A stretch of 64,000 nucleotides of DNA from NCBI RefSeq assembly GCF_037042905.1, contig NC_087252.1, positions 18,540,001 to 18,604,000 of the forward strand, read 5' to 3'. Positions 49,156 to 63,223 of this stretch are shown here, one piece after another. The position numbers and the translations under genes were made by a program. The first letter of the stretch is position 1, and every line of letters starts with the position of its first letter. The stretch comes from Lytechinus pictus (Eukaryota). Below the pieces are notes generated by a model. It was not told the origin of the DNA. It saw nothing but the letters and a program-made list of their open reading frames with translations, and made no database searches.

Positions 49156-52100
49156 GATATATATTTATGTATATGTATGCGTGTGTGTACGTATGCTTAT
49201 GTCTGTCTAACCACGATCACCGCGACCCGCTTTCTCTCGGGCCGACTGTGGATGAGTCCCTCCATGAAAGTGATTTACTTCACTGGAGCTCTTCTTTTTA
49301 GAAGCTTAGATTCTCATCCCCCGCTGCTTAGGGCGTCTGTTTTGCTGCCCCCCCGCAGCTTTCGGAACTCCTTGTCTTACCGATATCGGACTGTTCCATG
49401 CTTCGCTACCGGCGCCAGCGGTGCTTGCCCTTGCGATCATTAGAGAAACCAGGCCTTGTGGCTGTTTTCGACAACTGGTTCTCATCGCAGACGGAGGGAA
49501 ATATTGGTGTTTATTTCCTCAAGTCGCCTTACTCCTCCGCTTGTTTCTTCAAGCGAGGATTTAGACACGCTTAGCCAGTTTCCGACCCTAACCTTGATAG
49601 GACAGGGCCGTTGTTACCTCACCCGATTCCGTCGGGAACGTAACTGTTGAGGTATCATGTCTGGCGATGTCTGTTGGTTCAGAGCATCATCGTGACCGAC
49701 ATCTTTTGATTGTCGTTTACACGTAAGATCATGACAGAGGCATTTTTTCGCCAGCTCACTTCTGGCGTACGCTTGGTGCGGCTAGGGATTGCTCCGCTCA
49801 GCGGACATCCATCGCAGCCTAGCCTTACGGGCCCTCTCGCCGATGGTGGCTTCAGTCAAGCCACCTCTCCCGCCGCGGGCGCTGCACCCTCCGGCGGTTG
49901 CTTTATTTAGTACGGGAGAGATGGGATCCGGGGTCCTCTCTCGACCGCTCGGTCTATCACACTTGTTATGTCTTGATGCGAGCCGCGTTTTTTCCCCGAC
50001 ACGCCCAGTTGAGCTGTTCGACCAGACTGTTCTATTCCACATAGACAGCAGGTCCGTGGCAGTTTCTTTTTAACATGATGGCACTCAGTCGTTTTTCTCG
50101 ACACTTTGACTGCCTTACGAGTGCTTTACTTCAACCTTACTCTCTGCCGTTCCATGTCCTTATCGGACCGCTGGAAATGTACTGCCACAGCTCTCTATCA
50201 GAATTCTGCAGATGTTCTGCCCTCACGCTTTTGAGACAGATATCGAATTCTGGGCGTTTTCCCCCACGCGGGGGCTTCTGAGATATCTCGCATTCCTTAC
50301 GTTTGCATCGTTGCGGCTTGGCTTATTTTAATAAGCCGGTGACCCGACCGTGGCTTTTATCAGCCTCGCTGTTGCCTTCTCGGATTGATTGATTGATCAC
50401 TTACTGAACCGTTCAAGTTTCAGTCTTCCGATCACGATTCTTGTCGAATTTTCAACAAAGTCGGATTGTTTATTGATCATCGGCGATTATCATCCCTCCG
50501 GTCACGGATGATTAATACCTTCAATCCGAGTTTCTTCTCAAACGTTGAGCTTGTATAGTTTAGTCCGTCATGGCGCCTGTCGGTCGTTCTTGACGCTTGA
50601 CTAACTCCCTCTTGGGTCGGTTTTTAGGGTATCTTTCGTCTGTCTATCAGTCGAGATCCCTCTTGTATCTGTTTATCTGTAACCATTTACAGTACGTAGC
50701 TTTACATACTTATGCATCGCTCCCGGGACATTTGCCGGGATTGGCGTAGATTAGGCGTGACTTGTCTTTGTTTGCCATCCTTTAGACAATTCCCAACTCT
50801 GTTCAGTTGGTTGTATTGTCGCGCGAGCCGTTTGCGGCAGCTTCTCGAGACATCATTTCACGCTGGATTGTTAAAACGATCAAGTCAGTTGGTGATGATG
50901 TTCTCCTTCTGACACTAGGCCGAGGGCCCATGATACTTTAGTATCGTTTCTTCTTGGGCTCCTTCTATTGAATCGTCGTAGACGACATCTTGAGGACCGC
51001 CTTTTTTGGCGCTCTTTTAATTCCTTGTTCTTAAGGACCTTACTTCACATGAGGCCTTATTTGCCTCCTCTGTCCTTAAGGCAGCGGCCTTTCTTGTCAT
51101 CATCTCCCTATTTTTGTACGCACTTTCTTAGTCTAGACATGCCTCCCTTCACGTTGAATCCGTGTTGGTCTAGCAAATCAAATGAGTATGTCCCAGTTAT
51201 TGATGTAAATAATGAAAATACTTACCATGATTTTCTTATTTACGAGATAACTGGATATACTCATTTGAACCCTCCCACCGACCCCTCGCCTTGCGTGGCA
51301 ACATGTCTTGCGTTCAGGCTCATGAGAGGAAATGGACGCCTAGTTGCGTGATGATTTTGGGATAGTGCGTGCGTAGGGAGATGCTGCGCGCGCGCAGGAA
51401 AAATTGTGTACTTTTATTCGGCGTGCAAGTTAATCGTAATGAACTAGCAAATCAAATGAGTATATCCAGTTATCTCGTAAATAAGAAAATCATGGTAAGT
51501 ATTTTCATAATCTTTCTCAAAATTTCCACTTTCTCGCCTATCCATTTCTTTTTCTTCTTCTATCCACTATTTCTATAATACTTCATATGGTGTACCGTAA
51601 ACCACACTAGCGAAATATCTCCTGTTTAAAAAAAAATACTTAATTTGTTAAACAACACTACGAGACATATTGTAAAATAAAGGTTGCGTTCTCCTTAAAG
51701 TTTCGAGCAGAATCCTATGGACCACCGTAAAACGCGAAATTTTTGTTAATCTCAGCACCTTGCCACTATGTGTCAGTCTGTTTTTGTATGCTCTTGTATT
51801 TCTGCCATTTTAATTGTATTTTTGCAGTCATTGTTTAATAAGCTGCCGCGAACACATAATCGTGGTATTAAACTCTTCTTGCAGTTGTTATTTATGTTGA
51901 AGTTATAGTCATATATGATGTGTAAGTTGTATCAGTCTCTATAACTCTGCGCTTAGTTCATTTATTGTTGCAAGCTGCATATATATTTGTGTAGTTTAGT
52001 ATTATTGTTGCAAATTTTCACTTCAATGTATTTGGTTGTTATTTTTCCCTCATTAAGTTGTTCATAATTGTGTAAATGTCTCTCCCTCCAAAGTTTCCTC

Positions 52101-53766
52101 TCATTCTATGCGAGTTTACATTTCTGCTCTGGTTAATATCTTTTAATGAAAATTGGGTGTGCGATGGTATGAAATTGATGCCATATAATTTGTTCCAGCG
52201 ACAATTGCTTCGATGGAAAATCTGCACATTAAGCGAAAGCTAAAATCTAACCACCACATAATGGTTAGTCGCGTGCATATGAGTGTCCGAAAGTCCACAC
52301 ACACAGCTTCAACACAGGGAACAGCGGTTTTAATGAACGTAATATTGCAGAAATCCGGGTATATCTTTATAACTATTAATAATCTCACACCAGATTGATA
52401 ATAGTGTAAAAATTGTATCCAATTCCATTAATTTGATGTAAATATTATTACAATTAATTGACTATTTACGTCTCGCTGTTCATTTGAAAGTATCCATGTT
52501 CACAACTCCTGTTATGGCAACGGTCTGAAATCACCCATATTTTCGAGACACTGGCACCTTTGTTTTACCACTGGAATACCCCTTAGGGTAAAAAAGTTCG
52601 AGATTGATTGTCATCTCAATGCTAAATAGATTACCTACAGTTTGATGTATAATACTTTATGACTGGTATAATGGTTACATCTCAGTCCCCCCCCCCCCCA
52701 AACTTTGAGATCGAGCAGGCAGAGCAGGGCATATATCTGTATACAACGTCACGTGACTAACGTATGATAGTTTCATTTCCTAGACCCTTTTCATTTGAAA
52801 CAATACAGTCCGAACAAACCTAATTAACGCATTTAATGTTGAAAGTAGCAATGTTCTTGTACTATAAAGCTTTGCTTACTGATATTTATAATATAGCTAC
52901 AGTTTGAGGAAGCAAATATCGAGTCCGGAATTGATTTTGATTTGCAATAGGGTCGCGTAGGTGTACTATATACTAGCAGGCTGGCATCGTCTGCTACGTA
53001 AACCAAATAAGCGAACATGACCGAAACTAACCATTTTGAACTAAATAAATTCTGATCTTCATCTTTTACATTATTCTTAAAAGAAAAAAACATCACAATC
53101 GAAGCTGTATCCCTGATTCCCTCTGAGATATCAATATCGGAGCACTGTGTGTCGTGTCACCGACAAGTTATACTGTATGTCCTTACACATGCGTCCCTTC
53201 GCAATGGTCCAGGATAGGCCCCATAGAAAATTGACCAAACCTTGTTTTTTCATATATACAATATTTTTTTATGGTTTCTTGTCAATTCGAGGGTGCTGAT
53301 TACGAATCTGAATGATGCCACTCGTGTAACCTTGAGCATTTTCCGCAATTTGGCAAAATCCAATATGGCCGCCAAAATATGCAAATTACCCATGAAAATC
53401 ATAAAATTGCCCGCACATTGGTTATAACATGTATGTGTTTCTGCTGCAGGAGTGAAATACTCTGTGATGAAAAATAATTTTTGACCAAAAATCATTTTCT
53501 AGATATTCAAAATGGCCGCCATAGGCCCCTGGGCCCGTATTCCATAAACGAGATAAGCATGCTTAAGTCAAAAATCTAAACATTTTGTCTTATTTTCTGT
53601 CTAAGATAAAATTCTTAGCCAAAACGCGTATTCCATAAAGAATTGGCTAAGAATTTTGTCTTAGAATTTGGCTAAGAGGTTTTGCACGACTAAGACAGAT
53701 ATAGGAAGAATGGCTAAGTAAATTTTCTTAAAACTGCAGAGTCTGTATTTCATAAATACAACATGG

Positions 53767-53979
53767 CTAAGAATTTAGCCCTAACTTTAAGACAGTTGTG
53801 AGTTGTCTTAATTGTTTTAGTTTCAAGGCAATTTCAGCCCACGCCTTTTCTTTATCCTTTAACGTGATACTTGAAATAAGCTTCGGTCTCAAGATTTCTC
53901 CCCTCTCTCTTATTTCGGCTATCAACGCGATTTTCTCTCCTCCAGTAAAATTGGTTTTCCTTTTTTTCTCAGCCTCCAT
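53767..53979 (-). pseudogene. Truncated Harbinger Myb/SANT-like (NAIF1/MSANTD-type) DNA-binding ORF
   Basis: MEAEKKRKTNFTGGEKIALIAEI...KDKEKAWAEIALKL fits the RxxNF..E...L...K..AW..I pattern; it ends after about 70 aa. Confidence 0.8.
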
Positions 53980-54001
53980 CTTGATATTCGACGGAAATTG
54001 T

Positions 54002-54645
54002 GTTGCCATGGTAACAGTATATTAGGGCAAAAATTATGTAAAACTCTTGCAGTTCCAACTACTTCCTCAGTTTTTAACCAATTCTCATGAAATGTGGCAC
54101 AAACATTAGTCTTGATGTGAAGATGTGCAAAATATATTTTATGCCTTTATAAAAAATCGTGTTGCCATGGTAACAAATAAAATAACAACAATTAGATGAA
54201 AATCTTGTGATTAGAATTACTCTATCAGTTTCAACTGGTCAATTCTCCTAAAAATTTGGAACACACATTAGTGTTTAGGAAAAGATGTCTAAGACATATT
54301 TTTGCCTGTATCAGAAATCGTGTTGCCATGGTAACAACATATTATATAATGAAATTAGGTGAAAATCTTGTGGTTGGAACCCCTTCATTAGTTTTCAACC
54401 AATTCTTATAAAAGTTGGCTCACACATTGATTTTGAGGTATAGATCAGCAAGACATATATTGGAAAATGTGTTGCCATGGTAACAGCATATCAAATCAAT
54501 AAATGTGTAAATAGCGTGATGTGGATTGAACTACTTCTTCATTTTATGCTCATGAAATTTAGAACACCTACATGTAGGTTTTGAGCTAAAATAATCTGCA
54601 AGACACATTTTCTCATTCATCAAAATATGTGTTTGTATGGTAACT
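54002..54645 (+). repeat. ~160-bp tandem repeat, each unit containing GTTGCCATGGTAAC
   Basis: Motif at 54002, 54161, 54322 and 54471, with a degenerate copy at ~54631. Confidence 0.8.
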
Positions 54646-56311
54646 ACACACGCCAGAATAAGATTAAGACAATGGTGAATGGTCGATGCTAACTTTTGTT
54701 TGGCTACATAGGGAACTACATGTAGTTGTGGGCTTAGTTCTAGATTTTAGGGGGGGGGGATAGACCTCTAGATCTCGAACTACAGCCCCTAGCTTTAGAT
54801 CCAAGCCTAGATCAAGATCCTTAAGTCCTAGAAATAATCCAGGCGTAACGCTAGATGAGTAGATCTAGACTAGCCTACATTTACTATTTTTAGATCTAGA
54901 ATCTACATTCAGATAGAGTCTACAAGTCTCTAGATCTAGACCTACTATGTCCACCTATATTGATATGGTTCTAGATCTAGATAGGGTCTAATTTTTAGTC
55001 TAGATCTAGGCCTACATTAGAGATTCTAGATCAAACAGTGGACTAGATCAGCCAGTCCTAACGTTAGGGCTACCGGCTAGGCTAGAATGGATAGAAGAAA
55101 GCACAGGCTAGGCCGCCTATATCTAAATTCTTATATAAATCCAGGCCTAGTCTAGACTGAGCTGTTGGTCTAGATTTTAGGCCTGTTTTCTAGTCCTGGA
55201 AACCTAGATCTAAACATGTCCCCAAAATGTATAAAATGAAAACTCCAAACAAACAGATGGACTAAAACAGGAGCAGATCTAACTTAGATGTCTCAGACTA
55301 GGACTAGATCTAAGTTTAGGCGTAGTTGGCAAGCAATGCATAGTGATACTAGATCTAGCACTGTAGACAGGAATAACCGTCGTTTCTGGGGATTTATTTA
55401 AATTTTTCTAACATTTACTGTCATATCACATTGGTGAGACTAGGCCCACGTAACTAACACTAGTAACAGACTGTCAAGTGTATAGCGGAACAACCAAAAT
55501 TATACAGTCGGAGACTGAAGCTTTTGGTCTAACTCTAAGTCAGATCTATTCTAGACCTACATGTAGATCTAGATAGATATATCCCTGTCCTAAGGCTAAG
55601 CCAGGCTAAGTCCTGAATGTTGTTCTAGGCCTAGACCAATACTAATCAATAGGTCCAGATCTACATGTATGTAGCTTCAGCCTCGGTTGCTCCACTATGG
55701 CACGCTCCTAGACTAACACAGTTACGTTTTGCTTCAGCCTTAATAAAGTAAAAAAGTCGGTTTGGGATTGAAATGTTTTTGTAATTAACAAAATATAGAT
55801 AATCTTCATAAATTTTTTTTACCATATATGGGTGATGAATGCTCTTCTTTCACTACAATTGTTGTAATTAGTTTCAATAAAATTAAAATTTTAAGAAAAA
55901 ACAACTTCAGTGACATTTTTGCAAGTTTGTTGCAGTCACCCCTGCAGCAGTACCTAATACTAGAATTCGAGACTTTGGCTTAGCCATATCGTCTGACTTC
56001 AGACAAATGTCTTAAAGTTTATAGAATATCGTTAGGGAAGATTTCTTAGACAAGCAAAATGCTAAGACAAATCGCTAAGACTTAAGCAAAAAACTTATCT
56101 CGTTTATGGAATACGGGCCCTGTATTCTATATTATGTACGGTTACAGCCCGATAGACCGCGGGTCCGATAGTCCGCGGGTCCGATAGACAGCGGGTCCGA
56201 TAGTCCGCGCTGTGTGTAAAATTATGATCAGGATATAGTGAGATCCAATGCCATCAAGAGGTGAAAAGGCCAATGATACGAGTCCAGGGGGTTCTATAAC
56301 GATGACCCAAA

Positions 56312-59300
56312 TAGTCCGGGTTATAACTGAGCAAGGTGCCACTTGGAGAAGGAGAAATTTTCATATAGTGCCTCTAGACCAATTTTTTACGCTGAATATG
56401 AATATATGAGGTAAACAGGCTGTATCCTGAAAATTACCCTGTGAGGGCGCTTTTTTCAAAATGGCCGCCATATTTTCTGAGAATTTGAATTTTCTTACAT
56501 AGATTTTGACATAAGCATTCAATTGCCATAAAATTAGTGTCATATGAAAGCCAAATAATTTTTTAAAATTTGGTACTATTTATAGGGGATAAGTAGGTAA
56601 TTTGGCTGAGATTTAGTAAAGAACTGCATTTTTTGTAATTTTTTCCCCAAAATTAAAAATTTTACAAATACATGATTTTACATAATTCTATGAAAAATTA
56701 ATTAATTACCTTGAAATATTCCTGAAAACTTTATTGATATACTATTATCATGTGGATGAAATTCCAACTCTAAGGTATCAAACTTGAATACTTCAATTTC
56801 AGAAATGTCGCTTTTTTTTAATGCATTTCCATAGATTATTACGTGTAACATGTATAATACGTGTATGTATAATGTATTTGTTAAAACTTAAATGCAATTA
56901 TGTCCGCTAGTTAATCACTTGCAGAGTTAAGAGTAGGCTTTCCTCTATCAGCTACATGAAACAAAATGTTGGCACATCGAAGCCTAACATTTATAGGGGG
57001 TGGGGGTGTCGAAGTCCCCCCCCCTGTTGCTATATCATGTTGTTGTATATTGCCTATTTGTTAGAAAAATAACTGTTTTTTGGAGCACCCATTGAGGCAA
57101 AAGGCATTTCTGTTCTACAGTACATCCACTTTAATTACTTTAAAACCACTTGGAGAGGAAAAGAGTAGGCTTTGTTCTACCAGCTACATCAAAATAAGTA
57201 GCACATCGAAGCCTACCCCTCTCGGGGGGGGGGGGGGGGGGGGCTGTGGAAGTCACCCCTCCCCCTTTTGCTTATTGCTAATTTATTTGGAAATTCGCCA
57301 TTTTGGACCCAACATTGCGGCAAAAAAGCGTTTGTGCTTTATTATTTATTTTATTGATTTGAAAGAGTAGAGTTCGTTCTACCAGCTACATAATAAGCGC
57401 TGGCACGTCGAACCCTAGCCCTCTCAGGGGCTGTCTAAGTCAACCCCCCCCCTCCTCTATATCATGTATATTGTCTATTTTATTGGATATTTCACCATTT
57501 TGGATCCCATTGAGGCAAAAGCGCGTTTCTACTATATAGTACAGCCAATTTTATTTTCTTGCAATGACTCGGAGAAGAAAGAGTAGGCTTTGCTCTATCA
57601 GCTGTAAAGAAGTGTTGGCAAATCGAGGTCTATCCCCTTCAGAATGTTCGAGGGCTGTAGAATTTACCTCACCAATTTTCGGTATTTGACTATCGGACAT
57701 TCACAATTCATTTTGGATCACTCATTAAGGCAAAAGGGCGTTTTTACTATATAGTACAGCAAATTCTATTTTCTTGCAATGACTTGGAGAGGAAAGAGTA
57801 GGCTTTGCTCTATTAGCTCCATACAAAGAAGTGTTGGCAAATCGAAGCCTATCTCATTCAGGCGGCTGTAAAAGTTACCCCACTAATTTTCGGTATTTGG
57901 CTACTCCCCCTTTTGCTTATTGCAAATTTATTTGGAAATTCACAATTTTGGACCCAACATTGAGGCAAAAAGCGTTTGTGCTTAATTATTTATTTTATTG
58001 ATTTGAAAGAGTAGAGTTCGTTCTACCAGCTACATAAATAAGCGCAGCACATCGAACGCTAGCCCTCTCAGGTGCTGTCTAAGTCACCCCACCCCCCTCT
58101 TCTATATTATGTATATTGCCTATTTATTGGCAATTTCACCATTTTGGATCACCCATTGACATGATTGAGGCATAAGGGCATTTCTACTATATATCATACA
58201 GCCAATTTTATTTTCTTGCTATTACTTGGAGAGAAAAGCGTGGGCTTTGGTATATCAGCTACACATTATTAAGAAGAGCTTGCACATCGAAACCTAGCCC
58301 TCTCAGGGCCTGTCTTAGTCAACCTCTCCCCCTCTATATTATGATTATTGCCTGTGTATTTGAAATTACACCATTTTAAATCACCCATTGAGGCAAAAGG
58401 GCATTTCTTCTATATAGTACAGCCAATTTAATTTTCTTGCAATGACTTGGATAGGAAATAGTAGGCTTTGCTCTATCAGCTATATATAAACAAGTGCTGG
58501 CAAATAAAAGCCTACCCCTCCGGGATGCAGTTGAAATCACCCCATGCCTTTTGCATTATTGCATATTTTTTGAAAAAATCACCATTTTGAAGCCCCCATT
58601 TAGGCAAAAGGCGTTTCTGATTTATAGTTCTTCCACTTTTACTGCCTTGAAACCACTTAGGGAGGAAATAATAGGTTTTGCCTTATCAGGCACATATAAA
58701 GAAGTGCCGGCAAATAAAAGCCTGCTCCCTTAGATTTAGATTTTATTTCCGTTCAACAATTTTTTCAAAATATAATCAAAGTAACAATACATATTCAATA
58801 TAATCGATAATACAGACAAATCAATGAAATTTCGTAACAAATGTTGAATATAAATTAAACAAAACTTCAATTTGTTGCAGTAATATTATCAATGAAAAGA
58901 AACAAGAAATGAACGGAGGGACTTGCCAAAAAAAGCAAAAGCTTGTAGAGAAGGCAAGCCCCTAAACTTAGTTTCAATACTAATAATAAACAAACTATAT
59001 ATACAACTATATATAAATAAGCCTACAGGGGACTGTCGAAATTACCCCCCCCCCCCCATCTTGAAATTAACCATTTTGGAGCCCCCATTGAGGCAAAAAG
59101 GCATTTCTGATATATAGTTGTGCCTTTTTTCACCTTGAAACCACAAAGAATAAAGGCTTTGCTTTAAACAGCTACATATAAAGACATGCTCGAAAATAAA
59201 AGCATATCCCCATGAGAGGGCTGTTGAAATCACCCCGCCCCTTTTTCATTATTGCTTATTTGAAAAATCACAATTTTGGAGCCCCCATTGAGGCCAAAAG

Positions 59301-61755
59301 GCGGTTCTGATATATAGTTCTGCCACTATTACCGCCTTGAAACTACTTGGACAGGAAAGAGTAGGCTTTCCTCTATCAGCTATATGTAAAGAAGTGGCTC
59401 TACTATATACCAGAAACACCTTTTTTGCCTCAATGGGGGCTCCAAAACGGTGAGTTTTATAATGAATTGGCAAAAATCGTAAAAAGGGTGGGGTAACATT
59501 TATAGTCCCCTGAAGTGGGTCAGGCTTCGATATGGCAGCAATTCGACATATATAGCTGAAAGAGGTGAAACTACTCTCCAAACTCTTCCTCTCCCGATGG
59601 TTTCAAGAAAATGAAATCGGGTGTTTATACAGCAGAAGTGCATATTGCCTCAATGGGGGCTCACAAATTGTGAATTTTCAAATAATTAGGCAATAATGCA
59701 AAAGGGGTGGGATGGTTTGATAGCCGCCCAGATGGGTAAGCTTCAATGTGCCAGCACTTCTTTATAGGTAGCTGATAGAGCAGAGCATATGCTGTCCTCA
59801 ATTGGTTTCAAGGCAGTAAAAGTGACAGAACTATATACCAGAGATGCCTTTTTACCTCAATGGGGGCTCAAAAATTGTGAATTTTCCAATAAATAGGCAA
59901 TAATGCAAAGGGGGAGGGGGTGATTTCGACAGACCCCAGAAAGGGGTAGTCTTTTATTTGCCAGCACATCTTTATAGCTGATAAAGCAAAGCCTATTATT
60001 TTCTCTCTCAGCGGTTTCAAGGCAATAAAAGTGACAGAACTATATATCAGAGACGCCTTTTTGCTTCAATGGGGGCTCCAAAATTGTGAATTTTCAACAA
60101 GTAGCCAAATACCGAAAATTTGTGGGGTAACTTTTACAGCCGCCTGAATGAGATAGGCTTCGATTTGCCAACACTTCTTTATATGGAGCTAATAGAGCAA
60201 AGCCTGCTCTTTCCTCTCCAAGTCATTGCAAGAAAATATAATTTGCTGTACTATATAGTAAAAACGCCCTTTTGCCTTAATGAGTGATCCAAAATGGTGA
60301 ATGTCCAATAGATAGTCAAATACCGAAAATTGGTGAGGTAAATTCTACAGCCCTCGAACATTCTGAAGGGGATAGACTTCGATTTGCCAACACTTCTTTA
60401 CAGCTGATAGAGCAAAGCCTACTCTTTCTTCTCCGAGTCATTGCAAGAAAATAAAATTGGCTGTACTATATAGTAGAAACGCGCTTTTGCCTCAGTGGGT
60501 GATCCAAAATGGTGAAATATCCAATAAAATAGGCAATATACATGATATAGAGGAGGGGGGGGGGGGGGTTGACTTAGACAGCCCCTGAGAGGGCTAGGGT
60601 TCGACGTGCCAGCGCTTATTATGTAGCTGGTAAACTCTACTCTACCCTACTCTTTCCTCTTTAAGTGGTCTCAAATAAATAAAATGGGGTGTACAACAAA
60701 GCACAATCGCTTTTTTGCCTCAATGTTGTGAATTTTTAAATAAATTGGCAATATTAAGCAAAAGCTCCCCCTCCCCGAGAGGGGTAGGCTTCGATGTGCC
60801 ACTTCTTTAGATGTAGCTGGTAGAAAAAAGCCTACTCTTTCCTCGCCAAGTGGTTTCAAAGCAATCAAAGTGGCTGTACTGTATAGCAGAAATGCCTGTT
60901 TTTGCCTCCATGGGTGCTCCAAAAAACAGTTATTTTTCTAACAAAATAATAGGCAATATACAACAACATGATATAGCAACGGGGGGGGGGGGGGGGGGGG
61001 GGAGGACTTCGACACCCCCACCCCCTGAAAATGTTAGGCTTCGATGTGCCAACATTTTGTTTTATGTAGCTGATAGAGAAAAGCCTACTCTTAACTCTGC
61101 AAGTGATTAACTAGCGGAGATAATTGCATTTAAGTTAAATATTAACTATACATTATACATACATGTATTATACATACATGTATTATTATGTTATATGTAT
61201 TAATCTATGGAAATGCATACAAAAAGCGACATTTCTGAAATTGAAGTATTCAAGTTTGATACCTTATAAATTTGCTAAAAAAAATGATACAGAATTGAAA
61301 TTTCATCCACATGATAATAGTATATCAATAAAGATTTCTCAGGAATATTTCAAGGTAATTAATTAATTTTTCATAGAATTATGTAAAATCATGTATTTGT
61401 AAAATTTTTAATTTTTGGGAAAAAATTACAAAAAATGAATTTTTTTACTTAAAATCTCAGCCAAATGACCTACTTATCCCCTATAAATAGTACCAAATTG
61501 TAGAGAATTTATTTGGCTTTCATATGACACTAATTTTATGGCAATTGAATGCTTATGTCAAAATCTATGTACGAAATTTCAAATTCTCGGAAAAAATGGC
61601 GGCCATTTTGAAAAAAGCGCCCTCACAGGGTAATTTTCAGGATACAGCCTGTTTACCTCATATATTCATATTCAGCGTAAAAAATTGGTCTAGAGGCACT
61701 ATATGAAAATTTCTCCTTCTCCAAGTGGCACCTTGCTCAGTTATAACCCGGACTC
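56312..61755. mobile_element. 5.4-kb Academ-like foldback element
   Basis: Starts TAGTCCGGGTTATAAC and ends GTTATAACCCGGACTC, with AAA on both sides. Arms of ~1.6 kb are reverse complements; the ~180-bp repeat array flips orientation near 59400. Confidence 0.85.
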
Positions 61756-63223
61756 AAAGGACAATCGCCTCCTGACATCAACTTCAAGGAAAATATTATC
61801 CCCATATTTTTTTATCGTCAGGGACTGTTGCCCCCCCCGGAAATTTACCCTCTAGACGCCATACGGAGCCTCTAAAATGCCATCGACTTGACGACATGGC
61901 GAGATACTTTATCTTGCCATGTCGACTAAATAAGCTTATTATGTCCGCATGGCGCGATACGTTATCCTACCACTTATAAAAAGTTATATGTCATATTTTA
62001 TCTTGCCAAGTCGTCTAAAATAAGTTACATGTCAACATAGCGACATATCGGGATTCTCGCCGGGACTTGTACACTTCATATCTCGCCATGTGGACATATC
62101 GACTTGACAAGATAGAATATATCGCTATGTCGAAATAATAAGCGTATTAACTCTTACTGTGCCAATACGAATACCCCTTGACTGCCAGGGGTATTCAATG
62201 GAATCCTAAATTGACCGAAACGTGAGCAGCGACTGATTTTAAAACGGTCATATTTTTTTACCCGTACGTTGTATAATAAAACTTTCTACACATGAAATGA
62301 TGCATGGTTCATGGGCTTTATAATCGTGTTATTATCTTTCATATTCGCGTTTGGAAAAAATGAGAAAATATGTAATATTTTACATCGTTTTTTTTTCAAT
62401 AAGTAAAACCTAGAAAATAATGATTTCATGAACATTTCAAAGAGTAAATAACCTAAGGAATTGTAGAGATACCAAGAAATTACGAAGATAAAATGAAAGT
62501 TCAATGTTTAACCTTTCAAATGACGTATCTATTTATGAAATTGAACAAACAGAAATAACGAAAAAGTATGCTCTTTTGAATGAAATACTATTTTGCTATT
62601 CAAGTTATTTCCTCTGAAGTACGAGAGAGTATGTATAAAGGCATTGTCTTCGATCAAGTGACCAATCACAGCACAGCTGCGATCCCCACGCAAACACACA
62701 CAATAATATATTAGTGCCATGTATCTTCAAAGTGCGGCCAACCATACCCTTTCATTCGTGTAGTCTTCAAAATAAGACTCTGTATTTTTTTTATTCGTAG
62801 TGTAAAAAACAAAGTTATTGCCAGTCAGAAGGAGACAAAGTATAAAAGAACTAAAGATGATATATTGAAATATAGATAAAGAGGGGTCGGACAGATTCAA
62901 TACTTACAAGTTTGGGGTATAAAATCCCACAAAATAATATGGGCGTTCTTGGCAAAGTGCACAGAAGTAAGAAAAAAACAGTTTAAATGTTTTTGTGAAT
63001 CAAAGAAGAGGGAATGCAGATCAGTTACAAACAAAAAAATCAATACAAATTTTCAAAAATAAAATAGGCCTATTTGTTCTGTATTACTGGTCTGACCAAA
63101 GTAGCCACCTGTTAACATTCTACGTGAGTACATTCTTTTGTTCATGCCACCAAGTCATGAACAATAGATGCCCAGACTCTCTTTCATGAGGAATCTCTAA
63201 TCCGCGCTCCCTCCTGACCTATT

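Larger units (their letters stand above)
43620..51509 (+). mobile_element. Decayed DIRS1-type tyrosine-recombinase retrotransposon
   Basis: Left ITR ~43620-43780, right ITR ~51325-51509, and an ICR at ~51169-51268 complementary to both ends. Frameshifted remnants: SRDIISRWIVKTI, RAHDT, SSWA, DILRTA/FWRS (YR); PLLRASVLL and DTLS (RNase H-like); IAP...PSQP. Confidence 0.9.
53532..56119 (-). mobile_element. PIF/Harbinger element, internally deleted
   Basis: Perfect TIR GGCCCGTATTCCATAAACGAGATAAG; 3-bp TSD CTG (CWG type); carries a Myb/SANT ORF remnant. Confidence 0.9.

Noticed and set aside
45805..51351. Many short GC-rich ORFs as separate genes
   Set aside because: They lie between the DIRS ITRs and are fragments of its decayed reading frames.
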